Below, in pieces: positions 27,601 through 42,239 of a DNA stretch of 64,000 nt. The first letter of the stretch is position 1; every line of letters starts with the position of its first letter. Below the pieces are notes generated by a model, which did no database searches, was not told where the DNA came from, and saw only the letters and a list, made by a program, of their open reading frames with translations. A program made the translations under genes and the position numbers. Location of the stretch: positions 6,016,001 to 6,080,000 of the forward strand of contig NC_087252.1 of NCBI RefSeq assembly GCF_037042905.1. Direction: 5' to 3'. This DNA comes from Lytechinus pictus. Lineage: Eukaryota.

Positions 27601-29955
27601 TGTGTGTGTGTGAGGGAGGATGAGGGGGGTGTGTGTAGATGTGGGGGTGCGTATTTGAGGGTGTGTTTTTGTGTGTATGAGTATGTATATATACACAGAC
27701 ACCTGTCTGTGTATGTATACACACATAAATGTATATACATATATCCTTCCTCTCACACCCTTTTCGTTACTTCACCCCTTGTTCTTTCCCTGCATATTCA
27801 GCACAATCTATGTCACAACCATCGTGACAACCGTCTTTCGCTATCTAAGCCAGCCCCCACCCTCCCTCTCTCTCTCTCTCTTCTCATATACGCATTAAGA
27901 ATGTGGGATGTTCCTTTCATGGAAGCCGCTAATAGACCAAACCAGGTTAGCTTCGATTGCCACAAATGTCATTCCAAACTGCGTTGACATTTTGGTGTTA
28001 GCATTGTGACTAAGGAGGAATGATAGTTGATGAACATTTTCCATTCTCCCGAAAGAACTCGCCCCCACTTCATCTCATTTGCACCATATTTTCAGATCGA
28101 GTTATGCGTTTATTCCGAAGTCCACTTACCTTTTTATATCACTCATTATCCTCGCTTCAACAAGATTTAGGTCATTGTCTGTAACAAAAAAAACTAGCGA
28201 TTCAGTCTTTCATTTTCGATACACAAATACTTGTTTGACATGTTAAAATTCACTTTATTCATAATTAGACCCCCCCCCCCTCTCCCCCTCTCTTTCTGCC
28301 TCTCTCAATCTCCCTATATCCATCTCTATATCTTCCCCTCTCTCTCTTTCTATTTGTGCCTCTCTCTCCCTATATTTCTATCTTCCATCAAGAATCATCT
28401 TAACAAAGCACTTTTGTGCTTGTCCTCCTCTCAATTCATAATCATCCTACATGGTTTCACAATGTATAGTTTTGCATATGAGAGTTCTTTTCTGTAATAT
28501 CTTTCTTGTATTAATATTTGCAGAGCCATGTACGCGTTTTCCTACAAAAATAACGATTTTTCGTAAATTACAATCGATAGCAATCAATATTCAGTATTCA
28601 CCGCAGAGGCAAACCCCTGTTTCTTTCTCTGCAGAGGAAGTCTTATGAATAGATGGGAATACGAGTCAAGAACATACAATTCTGTATAGTTTTATATTTT
28701 CTACTGCATCACATATTAATTGTTAAGAATGGGGCCGAGGATTCAAGAGCATTACTGACTCTGGCGCATTGATAGTGACTTGATTCATTTTGAAGGATGT
28801 GGGAATGGTATACAAACCCGCTCTCCCCCGAAAAAAAAAAGATGGAATAAAAAAATGAAAAGAAATAAATTAACAAAACAGGGAGGGGAATAAACGTGTT
28901 TTCAAAAAAATCAATTTATTTTTTCGCGACATTTTTTGCCAACCATATTTTTTAATTAAACATTGCCTATGGAAATTACTGCAGACATGTACAGTAGAGC
29001 ATATATTTTGATCAAACGTTCTATGAAAGAGGTGCCCACAAACTCAAATAAAGAAACAAAATATCCAGGTTTTTTTTTTATTTTTTTTTTTTTTTTCTCC
29101 GAAAAAAAGGTCCATCATGCCGCCAATGATTTCAATACCTTTTCCCACGTCTTGCATTTCTTTAAAAGGTTTAATCAAGGCTACCATGTGTTAGTAACTA
29201 TAGTAAATATGAATGCTCCACTTAACGAATCGTGTGGGGGTCAATATACTTGTACAATACATATTTATATTTAAAAAATCTACCGTTTCGTATTGTTTTA
29301 AACTATTTTTTCCTGAATAAAACTTATTTCTTCGCAATGTTTAATTGAACAAAATATATATTGTCATGATTTTAACAGTTTCCAATACCAGAGATGGTGC
29401 GAAACTGTGATATAGTGTATACTATTGCCTCTATGTTATGGAAGCGGATGAAATGACCTTCCGTAAATGACCTTGATCGTGAACCTAAAAGAGAAAACAC
29501 CTGTACGGGTGTCCAGTTAGGAAACATCAAAGTATTTAAAGCAAAGCATCAACATCTATCAAAACTAATCAATATAACAATGAGTGTGAGTTGTTTAAAG
29601 AACATTTGAACCGAAGCGCTGAAATGCACTTATTGTGTACTCTTCTGAAATAATACTTGCTGTTGACTCTAAAAGTAATGAATACCACGAGTTGCAATTT
29701 GTGAAACAGTCATTGTCTGATTGATCAACACATCCTTTGGTAACGATTGAAATATTGAACACATCGGTGCAAAACAGACAGTTCACAATAAACACTTCCA
29801 TTACTTTTATTTAAAATTAGTTTGCCTATCGAGTAAAACCCTGTGGAATTTATATATATTTACGTTGATACACATGTTATTTTTAAATGGGGAAAGGCAC
29901 TAGCGAGGGGAGATGGTGGGTATTCAATACATGAAATACAACAAGATGAATATTA

Positions 29956-30332
29956 GGGCCTTTTCACACGTGAATCTTGAATCATCATTGAAATGATGAT
30001 TGCAATTAGTTTTTAGAATCATCGGACCTTTCACACGCTCACTCGAAAACTGTGATACACTGCATTAAAGTGCTTTAAAGGTCACGTAAACTCCGCCCCC
30101 CCCCCCCAAGCGGAGGTCAAGCTTTTCATACGCAGAATTCGTACCGTAATTTGAGTGAAACTTAACTGGAATTCATCTCCGGAAAAGAATTTGAATTCGT
30201 GATTGTCATTAGCGTTCGTGATTCTAACCTTGTTCTAGCTTGGTTTCACACGCGCTTAAAATTCGCCATTAGCCTTATTTTCCACTGGAATCATCATTCA
30301 AATTGCGGGGTTCTATACCGTGTGAAAGGCGG
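29956..30332. mobile_element. Harbinger-like MITE (degenerate)
   Basis: tta|gggccttttcacacg ... cgtgtgaaaggcgg|tta; internal repeats of tttcacacg and gaatcatcatt. Confidence 0.5.
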
Positions 30333-30404
30333 TTACTATCTGCTGGGGGTCGGGGTAGGAAATGTGTGTTTTGTACTTTCGATTACAATTACACAATACT
30401 TTTA

Positions 30405-30426
30405 ATGATGGTGGTGATGGTGATGG

Positions 30427-30460
<34 letters not shown>

Positions 30461-30486
30461 AATGGTGATGATAATGATGATGATGG

Positions 30487-30532
<46 letters not shown>

Positions 30533-30535
30533 GAT
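30405..30535. repeat. (GAT/GGT)n microsatellite
   Basis: Direct reading of sequence. Confidence 0.95.
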
Positions 30536-31142
30536 GAGAGTAATAAAAACAACATTATCAAAGTATCTATAAGAAAATATATGTTCACAAATGATGATAG
30601 TAGTATTAATATGTATTCAATAATCCTGAAATTGGTATTGGCCTACATATATGTTGAAATGGTCAAAGATATATAATATTACGAACAATTACATGCAAGA
30701 ATAATATTTTGTATTTCATATTCACTGGTCTGGGTTCAAGTAGTATTTGTAAAAGGTGACCAACCCACGGGGAACCGTTTACAAATCCGAATTAACTATT
30801 GTCAACAGCATTTTACAAATGGTTTATCCGTGAAAAACAACGCTTATGTATATATATATTTTTGATTGCTACCCATGCAGTGGAAGCGATTGAGAAGTGA
30901 CGAGTGATAGATGACGAGTATTATCACTAGAATATAAATCATAAATCACTGTCAAGTGAGTAGTGTGTGCACACCTATTAATTAATATACTACTACAAAT
31001 GATTTTTTTTTCAATGAAAATATGTTAAATGTATTTTGTCACCCTTTTCTAATGTTCATTTTAACGTGAGGGTGTGTGTGTGTGTGTGTGTGTGTGCATG
31101 CGAGTTTTGTATATGATTATACTGTCAAAGTTGGAAAGAAGA

Positions 31143-31222
31143 GCAGTAGTAGTAGTAGTAGTGAATGGTAAGTTATGTTACAGTAGAAGTAGTAGTAGTT
31201 TTAGTAGTAGTAGTAGTAGTAT

Positions 31223-31314
<92 letters not shown>

Positions 31315-31354
31315 ATAGTAGTAGTAGTGAATAGCAATTTACGTTGCAGTAGCA

Positions 31355-31423
<69 letters not shown>

Positions 31424-31572
31424 ATAGTAGCAGTAGTAGGAGTAGGAGTAGCAGCAGCAGCAGCAGTAGTAGAAGTAATAGTTGTAGTTGCAGTAGTAGT
31501 AGTAGTAGTTGTTGTTGTTGTTGTATTAGTAGTAGAAGTAGTAGCAGAAGTAGTAGCAGTAGTAGTAGTAGC
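31143..31572. repeat. Long (AGT)n/(AGC)n microsatellite, followed by (TA)n and poly-C
   Basis: Direct reading; source of the poly-S/V/L/T ORFs in the track. Confidence 0.95.
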
Positions 31573-32335
31573 ATATATATATATATATATATATATAGTA
31601 TACATGTATATCCCCCCCCCCCCCCCCCCAATTGAGAGTGGCAATGGGACTGGTCACCAAGACAAAGACTGAAAGAAATTCAATTTAAATTCAAATGTAT
31701 TAACAGTTGAGGTGTTCTAGATGCTGAAAGACTAGCTTTGAGAAAAGAAAATACACTGTCGGATCGTATACACCAAGAAATCAAACACCATTTTCGTTTT
31801 CTTTTAATTCTCTTCATCCACTCAGTTTACATCATCCCCAATCCTACTTGTTATCACAGCATCCATCTTTATATCCATCATATATCCTTACGTCAATCCA
31901 ATATTTCAATACCTGTAATATTTTATATTCTATTTCTTTATAGTTTCTTCTATCAAAGATCTACGCATGTCTGTATCCACGCGCTCGTATTACTTAATAA
32001 TTTGGTGTGACTTTCACACCCACCCATTCGCGAGGCACTTCGTAAATTGAATTTTCACCGTTCTTCTGATGTGGTGCTGAAGCTTGCGTTGGGATCCCGT
32101 TTCTTACAGAGGTGATGTGGTGGCGTCCTCACATCGTCCTGTTCACACCGGAAGTTTAGTCCCGAGGAGAACGCTTAAGAACAACTTTCTTCATTTTCTT
32201 GGAGGCATCACTGTGCATTCAATTCTACAAGAGTGCAATTGCAATATTGCTGACGTTTATTGATCAAGAAGTAACATTTTGGTCTTTTAGAACCGAACTT
32301 CCATGTCACCTTCGAAGAGACAACCACAGTCTCCT

Positions 32336-32480
32336 CTGAAGCATTTCATTAACAATTTCTGCGTCTGACAAGTTGTCAGATCTGACAATATTCCCTACTT
32401 TGATTCGCTGACAACCACAGTTCCCATGGTAATTGTTGGATAAACGTCCAACGTTTCTTTTTTTTCATGAAACGCTTCCA
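32336..32480. mobile_element. Short degenerate MITE
   Basis: TIR ctgaagcatttcattaa / ttcatgaaacgcttcca; internal palindrome ttgtcagatctgacaa. Confidence 0.45.
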
Positions 32481-34584
32481 AGGAAATCGTGATTTCATGT
32501 ACGGACCGACAATTCACGTCACCATCGGATAGGTACAGACTAAGGTTTGCCATGTTTCAACCAGGTACATCTAGGGCCCATCTCATATTCGAGCTACAGT
32601 AACAACAGTCTTTAAGCTACTAAAAGCATTTGGTTTAATTGGTTGGGAGCGGACTTGTCGTTGACGGGACGATATAACAAAATACGTAGGCAGCACCTTG
32701 ACTAGATTGGCTCAGAACAGAAAGTCATGAAAAGATCATGAAGAAGGCTACATCAAACTGTGGTGAACTCAGCCTGGTGAGGTGAAGTGAGGAACTTGTT
32801 TTAGAAAGTGTGTAATCGTTATTATAACAAGCCGTTATGAAACGGGACACCGAATCAGTATTTCACATTCGGAGGCAGTTGGACGGAATGCGAATTCAAC
32901 GTCGCCAAGTTGCAGAATTGGTACTGAAACAAATAATTCAATTAAACTGAGTACGAAATAGGTATGAAAGGTGTCTGTGAAATGTCATTCGAGTCAAGAA
33001 AAGTTTAAGCGTGTTACAACAAAGGAAAGCACACTACCAACGGAACTGTATTTAACCCGAAACACCTGTAACCAAAACTATCACACTTACACCTTCCCGC
33101 ACCTGCACCCACATATCAAACTATATTGATATATTCATCCTTGTTATCATCCACGCCGCCGTGGGAAAAGGTTTTGAAAATTGGCGGGAAACTAAATAAG
33201 ATAAGTTGCCTTCAGCTTGGTATCGATAGCGGGGTATTGCTAACATGTTTGGGAATACAGAGCAAGGTTAGCTTTTCTGATCAGTACTGTATGCAAGGAA
33301 TACTTTGCTGGCGGTGAAACTGGTTTGGGAATTGATCAGAATTACGTGTCAAAGATAACAAACAATTGAATAACTCGTTCGGTGGTGCAGCGTATGGTAT
33401 CTCAGATTGGAAATTTGCAATTATATTTTTATTCTTTATTCCATTTTTAACCCAATAGCCGTCTTACTTGTTTGCGGTGGCGACAAAACTCGTTTCTGTA
33501 GATGATTATTTCAACTTGACTACCATGATTGATAACATGGGGCAGAAATCATTGAATTAAACGACATCTACGGATCACATTGTCAACGTGTAAAAAAAAG
33601 TTTTATTTTAGAGTGATATGTTCACAAGGTGTTTTGGCGAATCACCTTTTGGGCAATTACTTCAGACTGTAAAGTGCATATAAAACTCGGATTATAATTC
33701 ATGCTGGAAATGAAAAAAAAAGGTTCCGTAACCACCTTATCGTGGCTCTTAAGACGTTATATCTATCTGTCCTACTGTTCTTTTTTCTGCTGTAAACTTT
33801 TGTTTTACGACTTGATGAACTTTTGACCTAATTTCCATAATTGTCATTTCCCCCATTTTAAAGTAGTGGTTTCTTCTCAGATGTTTCTGCAAATTGATGA
33901 AACCATGCACATAACAAATTGCGTTGCGTGATCAGAATATAACATGTATGTTGGCCTCAAAGAGCAAAGATAGATCCATCACTGTTCCTGTCAGCTAGGT
34001 TTACCTCTGTAAATGGACCGTTTAACGTGTACGTCATGGCTGAACTTATCAACAAGACCATGGTTCGTGGTACACGATCTGATGATGGTATGCGTAAAGG
34101 CATCTCGTGCTCCCCAGTCCATTATTTGCTAAACGTCCATGTAAGGACTCGTCTTAAGTTTCGAAAAACGCTATGACAAAAAATGGATAAAATGACTTAT
34201 GATGTATTTTTCTATCAACTTATCTTTCTATTTAATTAAGAAACAAGTGCAATTTTGTCCAAGAGCGATTAATATTTAACATTTTTAATAGGAAGAACTT
34301 ATTTTTAATCAATGAATAGTACTTGAACAGTAACTGACTATTCTTGACTGGAAATGTGTGAAACACGATTTTGCACTTTTTTGTTGTTGATTCTTGTTGC
34401 ATATAAAACGGTCATAAAATATGATATTTGTTCTAGTCCTTATGCTTGCTTCGATATTAATAGATGAAATAAAACCTTCGTAAGATAAACGGAAATCCAA
34501 AACTTATTCAATCTTAATAATTAGTCAAATGCTGAACTGATCTGTATCAAATATCGTTAATTTTCTTTGTATTAGTCTTTATAT

Positions 34585-34955
34585 GGAGGAGCCGCGGTGT
34601 AGTGGTTCTGACTCTCGCCTTGTAAACAGAGGGTTGTGTGTTCGTATCCCACCGCGGTCTGGCGTCCTTTGGCAAGGCGTTAATCCACACTTTGCCACTC
34701 TCGACCCAGGTGCTAAATGGGTACCCGGTAGGATGTGAAAGTCATTGTAGCTTGTCCAGTACTGTGTGCGCCTCACCGGCGACTGACTGGAATACTCCCC
34801 AGGGAGTGGAGGATGTGCACACATTGTGTGCGGGAATGACTGATTGAATCCGATGACCGGGGTAATAATATATCTGTAAAGCGCTTAGACACGTCGTTCC
34901 GATGTATTAAGCGCTATATAAAAAACGGATTATTATTATATTATATTATTATTAT
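34585..34955 (+). mobile_element. tRNA-derived SINE, full length, with CORE-like centre and L2-like 3' tail
   Basis: tRNA-like head with A-box (cggtgtagtgg) and B-box-like gttcgtatccc; central ctttggcaag...ctcgacccaggtgctaaatgggtac; tail tgtaaagcgcttag...taagcgctatataaa followed by (TTA)n; second copy at 41587-41916. Confidence 0.85.
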
Positions 34956-35898
34956 ATATAGAAAGTGAAATCAATGATCAAATTGCGTATCGATCCGTGT
35001 TGTAAAAATATAAGTGAACCAATCGCCTTTATCGTTATTTTTATATCTCATACACTACTTTTAGTTATGCATATATAGCTGCAAGTATATGGTGTTGTCA
35101 AGGTTCTAGGTCTGTTAAGTAGTAATGACTGCTAAACATGTTAGAGACGAACGATTATTAGGTCTTTGACATTTGAAATTTACATTCTGATAATGCAATT
35201 AATAGCACGAGAGTTCAAGTGACCAAAAATATGAATCTCAGAGAAACGATATTTGTTAAAATGATGAATGGTGTCTTTGGCACATACATGGGTCATGTGC
35301 AATAAATCACAAGCGATCTTCATTCCAGCAGATTTCAACTCCCTCATATAAATATTGACACGACTGGGAAGTGTAATACCTCGGTCACACAATCAAAACC
35401 GACTTCAGATCTCCACGGTTATTGCGTTATCCGGATTGACATACTATTGATCGGTTTGTAGTAAGTTACCTTGGTGTGGCGGTAGCATTTAGCTTGAACT
35501 CTCAACAGTTCCCCTCGGCAGCACTCGGAATCACCTTTTTGCTGGTACCCCTGAGGGACTATCACAGATAGATTCGCCGCGCATGGCAATCTTTTAAGTA
35601 GGACAGCGAACTGTTAAGTGGGTTGGGAGTTGTTTTAAGTGTTTATAGATTTAAGGCGACTTACAGTTATTTTGGAAATGCATTAGATTTTCGAGTGAAT
35701 GTTGTATATTGTTGCACTTGATTCGGGAACTACGTATAGGCATTTTAGGCATCCGGGCCACGATAACTATTCGAAGAAGATAATGAGAACTGTTTTGTAA
35801 CGGTAGGGTGAAACTTGAAGTTATATAGATCTCTAGAGACCAAATTACTGCCCACATTATAAGTGTTACATGGCGAAATTGAAACAGCTTGTTGAAGA

Positions 35899-36797
35899 TT
35901 TTTGTCTCGCCTGCATAGCAGAGCGAAAATATAGGCGCCGCTTTTCTGACGGCGGCGACGACGGCGTCGTCAACATTGAAATCTTAACCAAGGTTAAGTT
36001 TTTAAAATGTCATCATTACTTAGAAAGTATACAAATCTAGTTCATGAAACTTAGACATAAGATTAATCAAGTATAACGAAACATCCTGTCTGAGTTTTAA
36101 GTCACATGACTAAGGTCAAAGGTCATTTAGGAAAAATGAACTTCGACAATGTTGGAGGAATCAATATCGAGAACTTAACCAAAGTTAACATGGTTAAGTT
36201 TATGAAATGTTGTTATAACTTAGCAAGTAAATAAACCTAGTTCATTAAACTTAGACATAAGATTATTGGTGTATTACTGAACATTCTGCTCGAGTTTCAG
36301 GTCACATGATTAAGGCCAAATGTCACTAAGGGTCAAAGAACTTTGACCATTTTGGGGTATTTGTGGAATTGTCATCATAACTTTGAACATCAATGGGTCT
36401 AGTTCATGAATCTTAGACATGAGAGTAACCATGTATCCCTGAATATCCTGTGCGCGTTTCAGGTCACATGACTAAGACCAAGGGTCATTTAAAGTTAATG
36501 AACTTTGGCCGTGTTGGGGTTATTTGTTGAATAGACATCACAACTTAGAAAGTTTTTGGAGTTACACATGTGGTTCATGCAACATGGGCATAAGGGTAAT
36601 CAAGTATGTTTCGCTCACGTCTTAGGTCACGTGATCACGGTCTATTGTCATGTTGGGTCATTGGACATAGTATTTTATCATCATATTATGTGTTTCCTTT
36701 TGTGAATGATTATTTAATAGCTGTTTTCAAAATCAGCACTGCTGCTATATCGAGTTGCGTAATGCAGGCAAGACTGTCAGAGGCCTTCCACTTGTTT
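35899..36797 (+). mobile_element. Non-autonomous Helentron/Helitron-like element (HINE-type) with internal tandem repeats
   Basis: 5' tttttgtctcgcctgca and 3' tgcaggcaagac subterminal inverted repeat; ggcggcgacgacggcgtcgtc microsatellite near 5' end; ~4 diverged 160-200-bp units (ctagttcatgaaacttagacat...ggtcacatgac...aaggtca); ends cttgttt in T-rich site. Confidence 0.65.
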
Positions 36798-39700
36798 ATT
36801 TTTAAGTCAAACTCGAGTAGTGACAGTGACGAATGATTTCAAGATAAATTTCCCCAAATTATGTGAAATTGATATTATAATTTCTTCTCTAGATTTCACA
36901 CAGCATGGTTTAAAAGCAAACAAAGCCATCTCACTTTTCTCAATCTAAAGATAAATTGCGCTTAGGAGTAAATACCACCAACTCAGATTAACAGAATAAG
37001 ACATTGTCGAATTAAAAAAGACACGTCTGCTTACAGAGTGATATATTTTTTTCCTAATTATTTATCATTAACACTTTTCTACCGATATCAGTTTTGGTAA
37101 TAATCCTGATTTATTTCCAACTGCATACGCACACTCAAATATATGGTCCTATTATTAGAATCTGCTCAAATGTGGTTATACAAATATATCATACAAAGAC
37201 TGGAAGACATACAAGATATTCTAAGAAAATGTTGGTCATTCTTCAAAAAGATTAACTCGTTGAACGGTAAAACTAAAATTAAATTCAACTTTTTATTTCT
37301 TACAGTCAGCCCAAATTACTTAATTACCAGGCTGGCGGGAAAAAACCAACCCAACAATTAGAGACACACTTTCAAACTTGTAAATGTCTATCAAACAACT
37401 CTCGCCACGCTTTGTGAAGAATAAATGTGTCTCTAGACGTGTCATCAATACTACGGCACTGTGAGGAGTTCACCAGCAACACCATCAACGTTTTCCAAGA
37501 CGGATTTATTCACAATGCGCGAAGAACTCTTTAGTTCTTAAATGTTCGCGCCAACCAAACTTGAGACATGAGATGGTTTCTCAGAAGCATAAAAAGAAGA
37601 AGAAAGTAAGTCGCATCAGAATTTCTAGGGCACGCCACATTGATGTGAATCGATGTGTATGTAGTGTCAAATAAACCACTATTCGTAAAATTCTTTAAGA
37701 ACATGTTGAATACAAAAAAGGGGAAATCAAAGGGAGAAATACTAAACTACATTGAAAGGGTATCAAACCACTTTTTCCTATCCACGTCTAACCACAATCC
37801 ACCTGCGCTATTAACTGGTCTTGATAAAATGTATTTCTCCTGTCACCGTTGACAATAACCCGGGGTGCGTAAAACACATCCAAGATCTAACGTATTGACA
37901 AAAGAGAAATATTTTTAATTGTACCATCATATTTCAGTTTTTAAGGCACCGCTAGCACGATTAGAGGCAATACGGATTTGATGAAAAATCTGTGAATGTA
38001 AAATGAAGAATTTAATAGGTTGATAACAACCCGACACATCCATAATAACAGATCGAGTTACGTGGTAACTGTTCCGTTTTAACTATCACAGCATTATTCT
38101 TCATAATCGTCCTATCCACTTTCGTTCTCTCATTACGTGTAATATCTTTTTTTTTTCTCATTTCTTAATTTTTCTTCTACATGGACTTCTCATCTCTACT
38201 TTTCTCCTATTTGATTACCTCTAGAATGTCTCAACCGCCATTTTGAGGATGGTGGAAGTTACCTTGCATGTTTTATATTTATGATAAGATTACTTTCAGT
38301 TCTTTTAATTATCGGTCTTTTAGATGAAGCCAGACAAATCAAGGACAGTCTCGTGCCCGGGATTGTAGCGTCTGCATCTCTTTAGCAGAGGTGGCAACCT
38401 CGCACCTAGAATCCAAGCGTTCCTAATACGTGTCTAGCAGGCGATACACACTTGATTGCAGACTAACGCCTTCACACATCTTGCGGAAACATCGCTGTGA
38501 CAATGTTTGCAAGCTTAGTTTATCGCTACGTCTATTCCTTGATTTTAACTGGATTGCATTTTTAGACTTGACGGAACTATCTTCATTGTAACATTCTCTA
38601 AAGTAAAAGCAAGTTTAGGAAACGATTGCAAGATAATTTAAACAATTCGCCCACCAATATCAGTCAAACTTAAAAAGAGTTTTGCATTTTTCACTTCAAA
38701 CTGCTTATTTACTCCTTTTTTCATCATGATTAAAAATCATTTTTATTCGATATATCCTAGTATCAAGAAAAAAGAAAGAAAGAAAAGATCGAGAAAATAA
38801 TCACACGCACAAAAAAGAAATGTCTCTACGCATAAACAAAATGTGAAATAATTATGGTAGAAACTTTGTTAACACTCAGTGACCAGCACGTGGATTTCTA
38901 TCCTTAGACAGACTCGAGACAATGACATACCAATGTTTTTTTTTTAATTGTGTAAACAGTGTTTCAACAAGTTTTAGTATTATGATTGTCATTTTCATTA
39001 TCATTGTTATGATTACTATTAATTTTATTATGATTATTAGTAGTAGTGTTGCTGTTGTTGTTGTTATGTTTGGCTTGGTAACTGGAAATGTCTCTTTTAA
39101 ACTATATGTGAAGAAATGTGCAGTCAGTTTTTAACGAACGAATCTTCAAATACTCTTTTTTTTCAAGTGCAGTATATTTATTGCGATCATAACACCGTGG
39201 TATTCTGTAGGTGTGTATGTTTATACAGTTTCAGCACAATACCCTGTTTTTATTGATTTGTCTCTGTACTGTATTGCTAACACCTCAGGCCTACAGCGTA
39301 TGCACTAGGGATTGTATCGACTAACGCTATTAGTAGTATCGAACAATGATTCGGTGTGACGTAAGTATATACCAAACAATATATTACATTCGATTACCTA
39401 GTTCCTTTGCACTTGGTAATATTTGTGAAATTATATTACTATATTTGTAGGCTCCATATATCTCATTGGTTTCAAATTTTGTATCCTATTAATAATACTG
39501 GTCGGAAAAGGGCAGTTGAACGTGATCGCCATTTCGTTTCTTCATCGAGGCTGACGTACTTAAAGTAGTTACATTGATTATTCATTACATAACCGCATAT
39601 CGATTGATATTTGAAATGATAATCGACAGAGTTTATGGCTAAAATCACGTTAACCAAAAGAGCCACATCCTTAATTGATTCTATTATAAAAGCATGGCAT

Positions 39701-41586
39701 GAATTTTGTTTCTGTTTAATATACTTAAAAAATAAATTGGTCCGAGACGTAATGCCTGGCCCCTCAAAAAGTTTTAAATCTTACGATACTAATGGAAACC
39801 AATAAAAAATGAAAAATAACAATTTTAGCAGCGTCAGAAATATTACGGTCATTTAAGAATTTTGAATGCGTAGACAGGTAGATGAGAAAGACTTTATTTT
39901 CATAGAAAATTATTGACAGAAAAACGGTAACCTGAGCTTGCATTGCATTGTATTCATAATCTAATACCCATGCAAATCATGATTAAAAATACGCTTGAAG
40001 AATGCAATACAATGGAAGAAATGAAAATCTGAAATCCTATGAGAATTGAGTATAAATGGATGACATAAACGTGATAAAGAAACTTCCTTAGGCAAAATGA
40101 TTTTGGGAATCCGAAAATCGAAACACAATCCTCACGAGAAATCAAAAACACAATGTGGCATTTCCGACGTGGTTTTTGCTCGGAAACTCGGTGGATTTTT
40201 GATTGAATTTCAAATGAAGCTGGCCATAACTGAAGTAAATATATATATGTATATATATATATATATATATACATATATGCATAGTTTATATACATATATG
40301 AAAAATAAAGGTCGTAGCTTCTAGATATATTCTTCTTTGTTGATAAACCAAGATTTCGATTTATGAAATCTTCACTAGGCACATTCCTTTCTTATTATGT
40401 CAATGATCTGATATGCTGATTATTTAAAAAAAACTTTGTTTTTGGACTGGTATGGTTACTGAAATAATGCATTTCACTCATGAAGCAGTGAGAATCGATC
40501 AGAGAAAGATATTTAAAAAAAACATGGAAGGAACGTAGAATTTTGAAATTATTAAACTCGAACATAATAAGAAAATAGTAACAGTAGAATGTGACACCCT
40601 GAAATTACTAATAAACAGACAAATCGGATTCAATATAGTACTTATCTCTCACTGGGAGTATATTCTACTAGGTATGTCAGGCTGAATGCTGAATCTATTC
40701 TCATCTTGAAGGAGCAAAGGTGGACCTACGTGGCGCAAAAAAACAACAACCAACAAACAAACAAAAGGTGCCAGGATGCAAAGTTTAACTTTTCGTTTCG
40801 AAAAAGATACAGGTTAGAGAATTCTGTAATAGATTGAAGGAGGTCCATGTTTTCGGAGCTAAATGTACATGTACAACATCTCTATCACAAGGAGGGATGA
40901 CAATGGTTTGAATAAATAAATTTGATTATCAATTCGCTTTGTAATTTTGGAAAGGAGTACGTACATCGTTAAAAGGGAACGGAATGCGTAAAACATTTCA
41001 GCATTAAAGTGATTTTAAAAGTAAATCATATTGCACGGTGCATACTTTTTTTTTACTTATTTCAGAAGTCGACAACATCCATGAAGTCATTTATCCTTAT
41101 GACTTGAACATTGTGATGTGATGAGTTTTGCTTTAAATTCCACTTTGACCTTTTGGGATTGCACTTTATTTCTAGGACAATACCATGGAGGTATAAGACG
41201 TTTCTGACGCTGTTTACTCCGGTGATTTCCGCCATGCCGGACTTGGGTATTGGACGTGTAGTCACCTAAAGTGCAGGTCAGGTGAAATAATCTTCCAATT
41301 GATTTATTTATACTGAATAAAGACACCATGGAAAGTTGTATTTACCTTTCTGAAATAAGGAGTATTTGAGGAGAATGTGATGTGAGATTGATTTAAAAAC
41401 AGGATGAAAGAAAATGTATGGGTGAAAAGGGGGAAAGGAGGAGAGAAAAGGGGAAAGGAGGAGAGAAAGGGGGAAAGGAGGAGAGAAAAGGAGGGAGAAA
41501 GGAAGACATACCATGGACCTATATGGACATACAAACAGAAGATAACAGTGGTATAATATTGACAATACTATTATGAAGGCCTGTAT

Positions 41587-41916
41587 ATAACAATCCGATT
41601 TTATATAGCGCTTTATACATCGGAACAACGTGTCTAAGCGCTTTATAGATATATTATCACCCCGATCATCGGATTCAATCAGTCATTCCCGCACACAATG
41701 TGTGCACATCCTCCACTCCATGGGGAGTATTCTAGTCAGTCGCCGGTGAGGCGCACACAGTGCTGGACAAGCTGCAATGACTTTCACATCCTACCGGGTA
41801 CCAATTTAGCACCCGGGTCGAGAGAGGCAAACTGTGGATTAACGCCTTGCCAAAGGACGCTAGACCGTGGTGGGACCCTCTGTTTACAAGGCGAGAGTCA
41901 GAACCACGGCTCCTCC
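41587..41916 (-). mobile_element. tRNA-derived SINE, second copy, with two internal deletions in the tRNA head
   Basis: Reverse complement aligns with the 34585 copy over its whole length. Confidence 0.85.
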
Positions 41917-42024
41917 ACAGTATATATGTTAAGGGAAGATAAAAAATGTTAACGTAAACTCATGAGCGCACGCAGGTTTTCATACATACGTGCACACAGA
42001 CTTACACACCCACACCCTAACGGC

Positions 42025-42239
42025 AAGGGCGGATACAAGATTTTCCAAAAGGAGGGCATTTTGTACAGAAAGTTTTGACAACCTAAAAAAGGGTATTCAC
42101 TAAGTAAATCGAAGTCATTAGTTGCAGGAAAAATTTGACAGGCCAGAAAAAGGGTCCTCACTTGCCTATGCATGACATATCAAAATAAAATATATATTTG
42201 TGCCTCTCAAGGGGGGCGCACGAGTCGGATATGCCCCTT
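42025..42239. mobile_element. Degenerate MITE
   Basis: aagggcggatac ... ggatatgcccctt terminal inverted similarity with G-runs. Confidence 0.4.

Noticed and set aside
30362..30676. Poly-Asp and poly-Met ORFs
   Set aside because: Translation of a (GAT)n microsatellite
31143..31572. (AGT)n tract as a Polinton terminus, or poly-Ser/Val/Leu/Thr proteins
   Set aside because: Simple microsatellite with no adjoining TIR sequence; the ORFs are repeat artefacts
34585..34665. tRNA gene
   Set aside because: The tRNA-like sequence is the head of a SINE, continuing into a core and an L2-like tail, and is present twice
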